Origin: Actinomycetes bacterium
GTDB lineage: Bacteria > Actinomycetota > Actinomycetes > Actinomycetales > Cellulomonadaceae
NCBI GenBank assembly: GCA_023438885.1
Contig: JAEXPS010000008.1
Location: forward strand, 35 to 64,034
Reading direction: 5' to 3'
DNA: 64,000 bases
Made by a program: the position numbers and the translations under genes. This document shows positions 37,198-47,402 of the stretch, piece by piece (position 1 is the stretch's first letter; each line of letters begins with the position of its first letter). A model generated the notes under the pieces. It had not been told where the DNA came from, ran no database searches, and worked only from the letters and a program-made list of their open reading frames with translations.

Positions 37198-38654
37198 GCC
37201 ACTACCCCCTCCTGATCGGCGAGCTTCCACGACGGCTTGCGGAACCGGTAGAAGAGGTAGGGAACGAGCAGCCCGAGGCCCAGCGCCCCACCGCCGACGA
37301 TCGCCACGTACAGCGCGGTGTTCCCGTCGCCGAACTGCGAGGACGGCACGAACCCGATCAGCAGCGCCGCCAGCGACGCGGCGAAGCCGACTCCGCACAG
37401 TCCCACCAGCCACGGTGCCCGGAACCCTCGCGGATGGTCGGGGAACCGGCGGCGCAGCCGCACGGCCGCCACGAACATCAGCAGGTACATGATCAGGTAC
37501 ACCTGCGTGGTGATCACCGAGAAGATCCAGTACGCGCTGGAGACGCTGGGGATCAGCGCGTACCCGAGGGCGATCACCGTCGTCACGATGCCTTGAGTCA
37601 CCAGGATGTTCTGCTGCACGCCCTGCCTGTTCAGCCGCTGCAGGAAGGGCGGCAGGTATCCCTCCTCACGCGAGATGAGCAGCAGGCCCTTCGACGGCCC
37701 CGCCAGCCACGTCAGCATCCCGCCGAGGGACGCGGCGACGAGCATGACGCCGAAGATCGGCGTCAGCCAGTGCCAGCCGAAGTTCGAGAACACCGCGTCG
37801 AACGCCTGCATCACGCCAGCCGTCAGCGACAGATCCTCGGCCGGCACCACCCAGCTGATGGCGAGCGCCGGGAGGATGAAGATCGCCAGGACCAGTCCCA
37901 TGGCCAGGAACATCGACTTCGGGTACTCCCTGCGCGGATCCCGCAACGAGGAGACGTGGACCGCGTTCATCTCCATGCCGGAGTACGAGAGGAAGTTGTT
38001 GACGATGAGCACGAGGCTGGCCAGTCCCGCCCACGCGGGCAGCAGGTGGTCGGCGTCCATCGGGGCCGCGGACGGGTTGCCCTGACCGAGGAACACGATG
38101 CCCAACGTCACCAGCACCACACCGGGGATCAACGTTCCGATGATCAGGCCGCCGCTCGCCAGGCCGGCGATCCCCTTCGTCCCCCGGGAGGAGATGAACA
38201 CCCCGGTCCAGTAGACGACCACGATGACCAGGGCCGTGTACGGGCCGCTGCTGGCGAGCTCCGGGTTGAAGACGTAGGCCAGCGTGGAGGCGACGAACCC
38301 CAGCAGGCTCGGATAGTAGAAGATCGTCATGGCGAACTGGCACCAGACCGCCAGGAACCCCATGGGCTTGGAGATGCCGGCGGAGACCCACTTGAAGACG
38401 CCGCCCTCCCACCCGGAGGCGAGCTCGGCCGACACCAGCGATGTCGGCAGCAGGAACACCACCGCAGGCAGCAGGTACAGGAACACGCAGGCCAGGCCGT
38501 AGACGGCCATCGTCGGCGCGGCACGCAGGCTCGCCACCGAGCTCGTCGTCATCAGCGCCAACGCCGTCCAGGCGATGTAGGTGGTCGCCGGAGCCCGCGC
38601 GGCTCGTGCCTTGCCGACGACGAGGCCGTCGGCCGGCACGTCGGCCGCGGTCAT
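37194..38654 (-). CDS. APC family amino acid permease (GadC-like)
   Basis: P..LVSAELASGW.GGVFKWV, SYSGME, W..GPSKGL; about 12 TM. Confidence 0.9.
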   Translation of the reverse strand: MTAADVPADGLVVGKARAARAPATTYIAWTALALMTTSSVASLRAAPTMAVYGLACVFLYLLPAVVFLLPTSLVSAELASGWEGGVFKWVSAGISKPMGFLAVWCQFAMTIFYYPSLLGFVASTLAYVFNPELASSGPYTALVIVVVYWTGVFISSRGTKGIAGLASGGLIIGTLIPGVVLVTLGIVFLGQGNPSAAPMDADHLLPAWAGLASLVLIVNNFLSYSGMEMNAVHVSSLRDPRREYPKSMFLAMGLVLAIFILPALAISWVVPAEDLSLTAGVMQAFDAVFSNFGWHWLTPIFGVMLVAASLGGMLTWLAGPSKGLLLISREEGYLPPFLQRLNRQGVQQNILVTQGIVTTVIALGYALIPSVSSAYWIFSVITTQVYLIMYLLMFVAAVRLRRRFPDHPRGFRAPWLVGLCGVGFAASLAALLIGFVPSSQFGDGNTALYVAIVGGGALGLGLLVPYLFYRFRKPSWKLADQEGVVA

Positions 38655-38710
38655 CGCGAACTCCGCGAGTTGGTGCGGCCGCTTCGACTCCGAACCCCGT
38701 TACCGCACAT
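38651..38710 (-). CDS. Candidate 19-aa upstream mini-ORF (MCGNGVRSRSGRTNSRSSR)
   Basis: AAGGAG 7 nt before the ATG; its TGA overlaps the permease ATG (ATGA). Confidence 0.4.
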   Translation of the reverse strand: MCGNGVRSRSGRTNSRSSR

Positions 38711-38744
38711 GCGACGTCTCCTTCGACAGCAGAACGACCCTTTG

Positions 38745-39920
38745 TCAGGCGACCACCGTGATGCCGTGGTCGGTGTTGTTGAAACGCTGGCCACCGTCCG
38801 GGGTCACCGTGACGATGTCCTCGATCCGCACTCCGAAGCGGCCCGCCAGATAGATGCCGGGCTCGATCGAGAAGCACATCCCGGGCAGCAGGCGCTGCGT
38901 CTCGCCCTCGACCATGTACGGGGGCTCGTGCGTGGTCACGCCGATGCCGTGACCGGTCCGGTGGATGAACTGTTCCCCGTAGCCGGCGTCCGCGATCACC
39001 GCCCGCGCGACGCGGTCGACGTCCTGGCACGCGATCCCGGGCCGGACCGCCTCGAACGCCGCCTGCTGAGCCTGTCGCACGACATCGTGGACTCGTTGAA
39101 CCTCGGCGCTCGGCTCCCCGACGGTCACGGTCCGAGTGGTGTCGGACCCGTAGCCGTCTCGCAGACCGCCGAAGTCGAGAACCACCGTGTCGCCGATCTC
39201 GATGGTGCGCTCCCCCGCCTCGTGGTGCGGGTTCGCGCCGTTCGGACCGGAACCGACCACGGTGAAGTCGACCTGCTCGTGGCCGTGCTCGCGCAGGAGG
39301 CGGGCGAGGTCGTCGGCCACCTCGGTCTCCGTGCGGCCGCTGAAGCGCACCGTGACGATCTGCCTGAAGGTGGCGTCGGCGGCGGCGCCGGCGGCAGCAA
39401 GCCTCGCCAGCTCGGCGCCGTCCTTGACGGCCCGCAGCATCGGCATCCGCTGCGTCAGCGACCAGTACTGCGACTGCGGAAGGCGCCCCTGAAGCCCCAG
39501 CAGATGCATCGACCACGTCGAGTCCGAGATGCCGTAGCGGCCGTCCGGACGGAGCAGTGGTGCAGCCACCGCGTACGGGTCGTCACCGTCGACCCAGTCC
39601 CGTATCGCGAGCGCGCCCGATCCCGCCGCCCGCTCGGCGTCCGGGCGCTCGAGCCGGGGCACCAGCAGGCAGGGCTCCTCGTCGGGCCGCAGCACCAGGA
39701 GCGTCAGCCGTTCGGTGATCGCGGTGGGGCGGTAGCCGGTGAGCCACACGAGGTCCGGTCCCGGGGTCACCAGCAGGCCGGTGAGTCCTGCGGCGGCGGC
39801 GTCGTCGGCCGCGCGGCTCATCCGTGCCGCATAGTCGGCAGCGGCGAAGCCCCCTGCGCCCATGGGTGAAACGATCGCACGGGCCGTGCGGGCCGACCAC
39901 TCGTGCAGGTCAGGCATCAT
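38745..39920 (-). CDS. M24 family Xaa-Pro aminopeptidase/dipeptidase
   Basis: Creatinase-N domain; PHH, DFGG, SDTTRT, HRTGHGIG..HE.P, EPGIY, GVRIED; start may instead be 39863. Confidence 0.92.
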   Translation of the reverse strand: MMPDLHEWSARTARAIVSPMGAGGFAAADYAARMSRAADDAAAAGLTGLLVTPGPDLVWLTGYRPTAITERLTLLVLRPDEEPCLLVPRLERPDAERAAGSGALAIRDWVDGDDPYAVAAPLLRPDGRYGISDSTWSMHLLGLQGRLPQSQYWSLTQRMPMLRAVKDGAELARLAAAGAAADATFRQIVTVRFSGRTETEVADDLARLLREHGHEQVDFTVVGSGPNGANPHHEAGERTIEIGDTVVLDFGGLRDGYGSDTTRTVTVGEPSAEVQRVHDVVRQAQQAAFEAVRPGIACQDVDRVARAVIADAGYGEQFIHRTGHGIGVTTHEPPYMVEGETQRLLPGMCFSIEPGIYLAGRFGVRIEDIVTVTPDGGQRFNNTDHGITVVA

Positions 39921-41238
39921 CGACCGGGTGCCAGTGCGAGTGCCCACCCCGGGTGTTCCAGGGACCGGCGAGCCGCGGCCGAGGCAGGTCCCCCAGCCGG
40001 CGCGCCTCCTTCCTCACAGGCTGGGCGATGTACTGCCCGAGGATCACGCCGGCCGCCAGGGTGACGGCTGCCACCGCGGCCGCCGCCAGCTCGAGCACGC
40101 CGTCCTTGCCTTCGACGAGCAGCGCCAGCCCTCGATAGATGGCCAGACCGGGCAGCAGCGGAACCACGGAGGGCACGATGACGACGAGCGGCGGCACGCC
40201 GATCCGGCCCGCAGCCGTGTACGACACCAGGCCGATGACGACGGCCGCGGTGGCGATCCCCCACGTGTTCCCGAGGTCGGTCTGCCCGAGAAGGGTCGCG
40301 ACCGCGTCCGAGACGCCGCCCACGAGTCCCACCGCGACCAGTGCGCGGATCGGCGCATAGGAGGCGTAGGCGAAGGCGGCCGACGCGATCGCGGCACCCG
40401 CTGCAGCGACCCCTGCGCCGGCCAGGCCCACGGAGCCCTGCTGCAGCACTTCGAGATGGACTCCCAGCACGCCGCGAAGGCTCAGGCCGGCACCGACACC
40501 CCCGATGATGCCGGACGTCAGCAGCACGGCCTCGAGCGTGCGAGCGCTGGCCGTCACCGGGTAGCCCAGGATCGCGTCCTGGCTGGCACCCATCAGGCCG
40601 ATCCCGGCGAGCATCATCACGATTCCCGCGGTGACGACGCGGGACGGGTTGACCTCCAGGGCCGTCGCCGCCGCGACCACGGCGATCAGCGCGACGAGGA
40701 GACCACCGGCGGCCTGCTGGTAGAACATCGGAATCGCACGCCGGGCCATCAGCCTCTGCGTGCGGTCGATGGCACAGGCCGCCACGAAGGCCAGGAGGCA
40801 GACGACGACGCCGCCGCCGAGTCGCAGGGCCGTGCCGGCGCCCATGACGCCGAGACCGACCGTGACGGCCCACCGGTGCCGGCGGTGGCCGGTCGACACC
40901 AGCCGAGCCACCTCGCCACGCGCCTCGTCCCGGGTCACACGCCCCTCGACCAGGCCTCGCACCAGCTCGTCGGTGCGGGTGAGGAGCTCGTAGTCGACGG
41001 GCCTGCGGGTCACCCGCCGCACCCGGATCGCGGCCGGCTCGTCCGGGCTCGGCTGGTGGTGAAGGGTGAGGTCCACGAAGGTGACGTCCGCCGACACCCG
41101 GGTCACACCGCAGGCGGAGCAGACCGCCAGCATCGTCGCCGTCACGTCGGCCGCGCCGGCACCCGAGCGCAGCAGGATCTCCCCGATCCGCAGGGCGAGA
41201 TCGAGGGTCTTGTAGGTGTCGGCGCGGTCGGCGTCCAT
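39910..41238 (-). CDS. Threonine/serine exporter (ThrE family)
   Basis: L.IGEILL.SGAG..DV, LAG..L....QD...GY..TA.AR, VPLLPG. Confidence 0.85.
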   Translation of the reverse strand: MDADRADTYKTLDLALRIGEILLRSGAGAADVTATMLAVCSACGVTRVSADVTFVDLTLHHQPSPDEPAAIRVRRVTRRPVDYELLTRTDELVRGLVEGRVTRDEARGEVARLVSTGHRRHRWAVTVGLGVMGAGTALRLGGGVVVCLLAFVAACAIDRTQRLMARRAIPMFYQQAAGGLLVALIAVVAAATALEVNPSRVVTAGIVMMLAGIGLMGASQDAILGYPVTASARTLEAVLLTSGIIGGVGAGLSLRGVLGVHLEVLQQGSVGLAGAGVAAAGAAIASAAFAYASYAPIRALVAVGLVGGVSDAVATLLGQTDLGNTWGIATAAVVIGLVSYTAAGRIGVPPLVVIVPSVVPLLPGLAIYRGLALLVEGKDGVLELAAAAVAAVTLAAGVILGQYIAQPVRKEARRLGDLPRPRLAGPWNTRGGHSHWHPVDDA

Positions 41239-41242
41239 CCGG

Positions 41243-42490
41243 TCAGCCCGCCCCCAGGTGGGACGGCCTCAGCCTCGAGGCGAGGACGACCCCGACGGCG
41301 AGCGCGAGGGCGACCGTCGGCATCTGGACGCCGAACTCGATGAGGTTGCTGACACCGGACACCACGTCCCCGCCGATGAGAGCGGTGACGCCGCGAACGC
41401 CGACGCCGCCAACCGTCAGCACGAAGAACCCGCCGAGCAGCAGGACCAGCCGGGGCGGGCGGTTGGCCTGCTGCGCGACCACGCTGGCGAAGGCGCCGAG
41501 CGCGGCGCCGGCGACGAGCGTGCCGACGATGGAGCCGCCCACCCGCGTCGCCCCCTGCTGCAGCAGGTAGGTGGCGATGACGGTCGGCACCAGCCACACC
41601 GTCACCGACGGCTGGGCGTTGAAAGCCAGGACCAGCCCGACGCAGAACACGACCCAGCCGGCCAGGACGACCCCCACCGACAGCTCCGGCGGCGGCAGCG
41701 TCTCCTTCAGGGCGTCCATGTGCCCGGTGACGCCGGCGGCGGCGACGATCCCGATGACGATGAGGCTGAGCACGAAGAGCCCGTACAGCAGCCGCACGGC
41801 TCCGGTACTGAGGCTCCCGGCGAGCAGCTCGGCAGCCGCCGCGGACAGCGTGTCCCCCGGCACGGTGATGAACAGCGCAGGGATCACCAGCAGCGCCACC
41901 CCCGTCTCGGTCGCGAGCCCGGACAGGACGGTCAACCCCAGCAGGGTCACCATGAACGCCCCCACGAACGGCAGCAGCGGCTCGACCCGGGTCCCGGCCG
42001 TCGCGACCAGCAGGACTCCCATCAGCAGCCCGAGGATCGCGGCCGCCGCCACCTCGTTCCACGACGCGACGACGCTCGGGGCGAACCCGGCGGCGAAGCA
42101 GGCGACGCCGATCACGCGCGCCCACGGCGGCCAGCGCGGCTTCGAACGCTCGATGGCGTCCAGCCGCTCGCTGGCCACCTCGGGTTCAAGTCCGCCCTCG
42201 AGGTCGTCGAGCACCCTGTCGAGCGCGGCGAGCTGGTCGAGCCGGAAGATGCCCGGGTTCGCCCGCACGATTGCGAGCCGCTGCGTGATGCCGCCGGCGA
42301 CCTCGGTCACCACCACCTGCTCCGCGAGCACGACGAAGCGGACCTCGATGCCGAGGGCCGCGGCCGCGCGCGCGACGTAGCGCTCGAGTGTCTCGACGCC
42401 CTCGCCGCTGGACTCCAGCCCCAGCCTGGCGACGCTGACGACCATGTCGAACCGGTCCACGGGCGTCATCCAGCGTTGCCGGTCGTGCAT
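41243..42490 (-). CDS. Threonine/serine exporter family protein (second, divergent ThrE-like)
   Basis: Soluble N-terminal domain followed by PRWP; VPG..L.....EL..G....G..RL; about 10 TM. Confidence 0.75.
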   Translation of the reverse strand: MHDRQRWMTPVDRFDMVVSVARLGLESSGEGVETLERYVARAAAALGIEVRFVVLAEQVVVTEVAGGITQRLAIVRANPGIFRLDQLAALDRVLDDLEGGLEPEVASERLDAIERSKPRWPPWARVIGVACFAAGFAPSVVASWNEVAAAAILGLLMGVLLVATAGTRVEPLLPFVGAFMVTLLGLTVLSGLATETGVALLVIPALFITVPGDTLSAAAAELLAGSLSTGAVRLLYGLFVLSLIVIGIVAAAGVTGHMDALKETLPPPELSVGVVLAGWVVFCVGLVLAFNAQPSVTVWLVPTVIATYLLQQGATRVGGSIVGTLVAGAALGAFASVVAQQANRPPRLVLLLGGFFVLTVGGVGVRGVTALIGGDVVSGVSNLIEFGVQMPTVALALAVGVVLASRLRPSHLGAG

Positions 42491-42533
42491 GCGGTCACGG
42501 GTGCAGCCTGACCGTGCGCCACGGCCGCTGGGC

Positions 42534-42550
42534 TCATGCGCGAGGCATGA
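42534..42550. promoter_or_regulatory. Palindromic operator upstream of the ThrE operon
   Basis: TCATGC-N5-GCATGA; CAGGCT -10-like hexamer at 42505-42510 on the minus strand. Confidence 0.45.
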
Positions 42551-42624
42551 TCCCGGCTCAGACGCCGGGGTGGCGGGAGGCGACCGCGTCGACCTCGAAG
42601 CGCAGCCCCACCCTCACCGAAGCG

Positions 42625-42661
42625 TCAGGTTCGGTTCCCGCTATCCAAGAACCGCTCCTGA
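42625..42661. terminator. Hairpin downstream of tRNA-Pro
   Basis: tcagg..cggttc ... gaaccg..cctga. Confidence 0.55.
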
Positions 42662-42677
42662 ACTGCTACGTCACCTG

Positions 42678-42751
<74 letters not shown>

Positions 42752-42881
42752 CTGGCCCGCAAGGGCCGCGCACATGCTACCCCACGCGGCACGGCTCCCC
42801 CGAACCTCGTCGTGCCGCCACGGGAGTGCGACGGACCACCCCGCCGCGCCAACCGCCCAGGTCACACGTACCGTGGGCGCC

Positions 42882-44099
42882 ATGCGCTTCGACTACGACT
42901 ACGTCATCGTCGGCGGTGGCATGGCGGCGGACGCCGCCGCTCGGGGCATCCGGGAGATCGACCCGAGCGGCAGCATCGCGATCCTCGGCGAGGAGGCCGA
43001 GCCCGCGTACGAGCGTCCCCCGCTCTCCAAGGACCTGTGGCGCGACCCGTCCGGCCGCGAGCCGTTCCTCGGGACCGACGAGGCTGCCGGCGCCCAGGTT
43101 CACACGAGCATGCGCGTCACCGCTCTCGACCGTGGGGCACGCACCGTCCGGGCGGACGACGACCTCTACAGCTATCGCGCCCTGCTGCTGGCGACGGGCG
43201 GACGTCCGCGCGAGCTGAACCTCGGGCCGTCCGCGCAGGTCGTCTACTACCGCACCATCGACGACTACCACCGGGCGCGGGCGCTGGCGGGCAGAGAGGT
43301 GATCGTCGTCGGCGGCGGCTTCATCGGCACGGAGATGGCCGCCGGCCTGGCGATGGCGGGCTCGAAGGTCACGTTCCTGACGCCCGACGACGAGGTCGGG
43401 GCCCGGACATACCCGCCGGGCCTGCAGCACAGGATCCGCCGGACGTTCGAGGAGCACGGTGTCATCGTGCGCACGGCGACGACGGCACGCTGGCTGGAGC
43501 ACACGTCCCCGGAGTCCGTGACCGTCCATGCCGACACCAGCGGCACCGCGGTCTCCTTCGCCGGCGCCGGCGTGGTCCTCGGCCTGGGCATCGTGCCCAA
43601 CGTGGAGCTCGCCGAGGCCGCCGGGCTGCCGGTGGACAACGGCGTGGTGGTCGATCGCTTCCTGCGCACCGTCGACCCGCTGGTGTTCGCGGCCGGGGAC
43701 ATCGCCGGCTACCCGGACGCGATCCTCGGCCGGCGCCGGGTGGAGCACGTCGACCAGGCGACGATGTCCGGGCGTGCGGCGGGACGCGCCATGGCCGCGA
43801 CCCTCGCGGGTGCGCCCCTCGAGCCCTACGAGCACACGCCGTTCTTCTACTCGGACATCTTCGACCTCGGCTACGAGGCGGTCGGCATCCTGGACTCGAG
43901 CCTCGACCTCCTCGAGGACTGGGCGGTGCCCGACGACACGGGGGTCGTCTACTACAGCCGCGACGGCGCTCTCGTCGGCGTGCTCCTGTGGAACGTGTGG
44001 GACTCGACCGACGCGGCCCGCGCGCTGATGCGGCAGTACCGCGAGCCGGGCTCGCTCGAAGACCTCATTGTGCTCAAGGGAGCGATCCCCACGTCGTAG
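42882..44099 (+). CDS. FAD-dependent pyridine nucleotide oxidoreductase (ferredoxin reductase-like)
   Basis: IVGGGMAA, YERPPLSK, LLATGG, VGGGFIG.E, FAAGDIA. Confidence 0.9.
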   Translation: MRFDYDYVIVGGGMAADAAARGIREIDPSGSIAILGEEAEPAYERPPLSKDLWRDPSGREPFLGTDEAAGAQVHTSMRVTALDRGARTVRADDDLYSYRALLLATGGRPRELNLGPSAQVVYYRTIDDYHRARALAGREVIVVGGGFIGTEMAAGLAMAGSKVTFLTPDDEVGARTYPPGLQHRIRRTFEEHGVIVRTATTARWLEHTSPESVTVHADTSGTAVSFAGAGVVLGLGIVPNVELAEAAGLPVDNGVVVDRFLRTVDPLVFAAGDIAGYPDAILGRRRVEHVDQATMSGRAAGRAMAATLAGAPLEPYEHTPFFYSDIFDLGYEAVGILDSSLDLLEDWAVPDDTGVVYYSRDGALVGVLLWNVWDSTDAARALMRQYREPGSLEDLIVLKGAIPTS

Positions 44100-44153
44100 C
44101 GCGGGCCGAGCCAGGTCACGACATACTCCCGACAACGAGCCGAAGGAGGAGCC

Positions 44154-45035
44154 GTGCGCCCACGCATCGCCACCCTGGTCGTCGCCGTCCTGCTGCTGGC
44201 GGGCTGCGCCACGTCGGGAAGCGAGGACGACAGCGACCAGCCGGGCGGGGCGTCCGGCGGGGTGAACGACCCCGTGGGCCTGGTCAACCTCTGGCGCGTC
44301 ACCGGCGCCGAGGGCGAGGACGCTGACACCTGGTGGCGTGCGGATGTCGACGGCTACGACCTGATCCGGCCGTGCGGCGTCCTCAGCGGCGGCTGGCGCG
44401 CGACGGCCGACCAGTTCCTCGCCGGTGACCCGTACAGCTGGCACGAGGCCTGCGGCGAGACCTCGTCCCGGCCATCCGTCCCGTGGCTCGTGGAGGCAGT
44501 CGCCTACCAGCCCGACGGGGACGGCTGGCGGCTCCTCGCGGCAGACGGTTCGGTGCTCGCCACCCTCCGCGTCGACGGCACACCCGGGCCCATCCCGAGC
44601 GCCGGCGACTCCTACCGCGAACCGCCCGAGGTGTCCGACGAGGTCCGCGCAGCCCTGGCGCCGCCCGCGCCGCTGCCCGCCGGGCTGGACCCGGTCACGA
44701 GCGACACGCTGGTGGGCCGGTGGGATGCCCGCGCCGAGGACCTGACCTCCATCAACGCCGGCGGCACGCCGTCTCCGAACCCGTACCCGTACGTCGAGGT
44801 TCTCGACGACCGCACTTGGACGGGCACCGACGGCTGCAACGGATCGGGAGGCGCCTGGGCCGTCGGCGACGACGGCTGGCTGCTGGTCACCGGGGGCGCG
44901 AGCACGCTCATGGCATGTGACGGGGCTCCCGTGCCGGCGTGGTTCTCCTCCGCAGCCCGTGCGGGGCTGGATGGCGACGAGCTGGTGCTGACGGACCACG
45001 ACGGCGCGACGATCGCCACCCTCGTCCGCGGGTAG
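44154..45035 (+). CDS. META domain lipoprotein
   Basis: Lipobox LLAGC; G.DGCN...G.W and STLMAC motifs; AAGGAGG RBS. Confidence 0.8.
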   Translation: MRPRIATLVVAVLLLAGCATSGSEDDSDQPGGASGGVNDPVGLVNLWRVTGAEGEDADTWWRADVDGYDLIRPCGVLSGGWRATADQFLAGDPYSWHEACGETSSRPSVPWLVEAVAYQPDGDGWRLLAADGSVLATLRVDGTPGPIPSAGDSYREPPEVSDEVRAALAPPAPLPAGLDPVTSDTLVGRWDARAEDLTSINAGGTPSPNPYPYVEVLDDRTWTGTDGCNGSGGAWAVGDDGWLLVTGGASTLMACDGAPVPAWFSSAARAGLDGDELVLTDHDGATIATLVRG

Positions 45036-45047
45036 AAGCAGGCGGCG

Positions 45048-46529
45048 CTACCGGCGCCGCTTCTCGCGCACGCGCACCGAGACGACGATCGGCGAGCCCT
45101 CGAACCCGAACGTCTCGCGCAACCGCCGCTCGACGTACCGCCGGTACCCCGGGTCCAGGAACCCCGTGGCGAAGATGACGAACCGCGGCGGACGGGTCGA
45201 GGCCTGCGTCGCGAAGAGGATCCTCGGCTGCTTGCCACCCCGCAGCGGGTGAGGGTGCGCGGCGACCAGCTCGCCGAGGAACGCGTTGAGCCGGCCGGTC
45301 GGCACCCGGGTGTCCCAGGACGCGAGCGCCATCTCCAGCGCCGGGACCAGCCTGTCCGCGTGCCAGCCCGTGCGCGCCGAGACGTTCACCCGTGGCGCCC
45401 ACTGCACCTGCACCAAGTCCTGCTCGATCTCGCGCTCCAGGTAGTACCGGCGCTCGTCGTCCATCAGGTCCCACTTGTTGTAGGCGATGACCAGCGCCCG
45501 GCCCGCGTCCACCACCTGCTGGATCACGCGGGTGTCCTGCTCGCTCAGCGGCGCGCTCGCGTCGACGAGCACCACCGCCACCTCGGCCTTCTCGATCGCG
45601 GCCTGCGTGCGCAGGCTGGCGTAGAAGTCCGCGCCGGTGGTCTGGTGCACACGACGGCGGATCCCGGCGGTGTCCACGAAGACGTACGGGATCCCGCGCA
45701 GCTCCACCAGCTCGTCGACGGGGTCGCGCGTGGTGCCGGCCACCTCGTCGACCACCACGCGCTCCGCGCCCGCCAGCTGGTTCAGCAGCGAGGACTTGCC
45801 GACGTTGGGGCGCCCGACGAGGGCCACGCGGCGCGGGCCTTCGGGCAGGGCTGCGCCGTGTGCGGACACCTCGGGCAGCGCGTCGAGCACCGCGTCGAGC
45901 AAGTCGCCGGTACCCCGGCCGTGCAGCGCGGAGATCGGGTGTGGCTCGCCCAGGCCCAGCGCCCAGAGCGCGGCGGCGTCCGCCTCGATCGAGGGGCCGT
46001 CCACCTTGTTCGCCGCCAGCACCACGGGCTTGCCCGCGCGGCGCAGCAGCCGCACCACCTGCTCGTCGGTGTCGGTCGCGCCGACCGTCGCGTCGACGAC
46101 GAACACCACGGCGTCGGCCTGGGCGATCGCCACCTCGGCCTGCTCGGCCACCCGGGCGTCGATCCCGGCGACGTCGACCTCCCAGCCGCCGGTGTCGACC
46201 ACCACGAAGTCGCGGCCGGCCCACTCGGCCGGGTACCGCACCCGGTCGCGGGTCACGCCGGGGGTGTCGAGCACCACCGCCTCACGGCGGCCGATGATGC
46301 GGTTGACCAGGGTGGACTTGCCGACATTCGGCCGCCCGACGATCGCGAGCACCGGCAGCGCCGCCCCGCGTCCGGCGCCCTCCTCCTCGTCCTCGACGCC
46401 CTCGAGGAGGAAGCGGTCCTCCTCGTCGAGCTCGTACTCCTCGAGGCCCGCACGCAGGGCGCGCTCGCGCGCCAGGTCGTCGGGCTGCTCGTCGAACTCG
46501 ACGGACGCGGGGAACTCAGGAGAACTCAC
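45048..46529 (-). CDS. der: Ribosome biogenesis GTPase Der
   Basis: Two GRPNVGKS G-domains, DTGG/DTAG, NKVD/NKWD, KH-like C-terminus. Confidence 0.97.
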   Translation of the reverse strand: MSSPEFPASVEFDEQPDDLARERALRAGLEEYELDEEDRFLLEGVEDEEEGAGRGAALPVLAIVGRPNVGKSTLVNRIIGRREAVVLDTPGVTRDRVRYPAEWAGRDFVVVDTGGWEVDVAGIDARVAEQAEVAIAQADAVVFVVDATVGATDTDEQVVRLLRRAGKPVVLAANKVDGPSIEADAAALWALGLGEPHPISALHGRGTGDLLDAVLDALPEVSAHGAALPEGPRRVALVGRPNVGKSSLLNQLAGAERVVVDEVAGTTRDPVDELVELRGIPYVFVDTAGIRRRVHQTTGADFYASLRTQAAIEKAEVAVVLVDASAPLSEQDTRVIQQVVDAGRALVIAYNKWDLMDDERRYYLEREIEQDLVQVQWAPRVNVSARTGWHADRLVPALEMALASWDTRVPTGRLNAFLGELVAAHPHPLRGGKQPRILFATQASTRPPRFVIFATGFLDPGYRRYVERRLRETFGFEGSPIVVSVRVREKRRR

Positions 46530-46629
46530 GCCCCCATTGTCCCCGACCCGACACCCCACCCCCACCGGCCGCGGCCCCTACCGCAGCACCGACCCCACGA
46601 CGCCACGCACGCACCGTCGCGCACCGACC

Positions 46630-46710
46630 GCCGAGCGCATCGTTGATCGTCGAACGCGTACGTCTGGCGCGCCGGAACGTACGCGTTCGACCAACAGTGA
46701 TGCGCTCGGC
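46630..46710. repeat. 81-bp intergenic palindrome (REP/MITE-like)
   Basis: gccgagcgcatc...gtcgaacgcgtacgt-loop-acgtacgcgttcgac...gatgcgctcggc. Confidence 0.8.
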
Positions 46711-46712
46711 GA

Positions 46713-47402
46713 TCAGGCGGCCGGGCGGCGGGGGTCGTCGGCGGGCAGCAGCAGGCCGCTGCGCTCCTGCGCGCGCGACACCAGCTCCACCATCGCATCG
46801 CGCAGCAGGTCGCTCGTCGCGCCGATGCGCAGGCGCGCCGGGCCCTCGGCGGGGGCATGCAGCGGCTCGCCGAACTCGACGTAGAACCGCCGGCGCACGC
46901 CGGGGACGTGCCCCACGGACTCCCCCGTCCGGCGCGTGCCGAGGATCGCCACCGGGACCAGCTGCGCCGAACCGTGCACGGCCAGCCATGCCGCGCCGGC
47001 TCGGACGTCCTCGACGGCCCCCCGCCCGCGATTTCCTTCGGGGAAGATCCCGATGGCACCGCCGCGGCGCAGCACACCCAGCGCCGACTGGAGCGCCGCA
47101 CGCCCGTTGCTGCGGTCCACCGGAATCTGACCGCCCGCGCGGAGCAGCAGCCCGAGCGGGCCCTTGAAGAGCTCCTGCTTGGTGATGCAGTGCAGCCCGC
47201 GTGGCGCGATGCCGATGAAGATGGGCCCGTCGATCAGCGCGACGTGGTTGGCCGCGAGCACCACGGGCCCCTCCTGGGGCACCCGCTCGCGGCCGACGAC
47301 CGTCGTGTTCCACACCACCCTGGCCAGGAACCTGCCCAACCAGCGGCCCCAACCCGGCCCGATGGGCGACGGCACCCAGCCGGCCGGCCGCTCCGCGGTC
47401 AC
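46713..47402 (-). CDS. Lysophospholipid acyltransferase (PlsC family)
   Basis: NH...D, FPEG motifs. Confidence 0.9.
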   Translation of the reverse strand: MTAERPAGWVPSPIGPGWGRWLGRFLARVVWNTTVVGRERVPQEGPVVLAANHVALIDGPIFIGIAPRGLHCITKQELFKGPLGLLLRAGGQIPVDRSNGRAALQSALGVLRRGGAIGIFPEGNRGRGAVEDVRAGAAWLAVHGSAQLVPVAILGTRRTGESVGHVPGVRRRFYVEFGEPLHAPAEGPARLRIGATSDLLRDAMVELVSRAQERSGLLLPADDPRRPAA

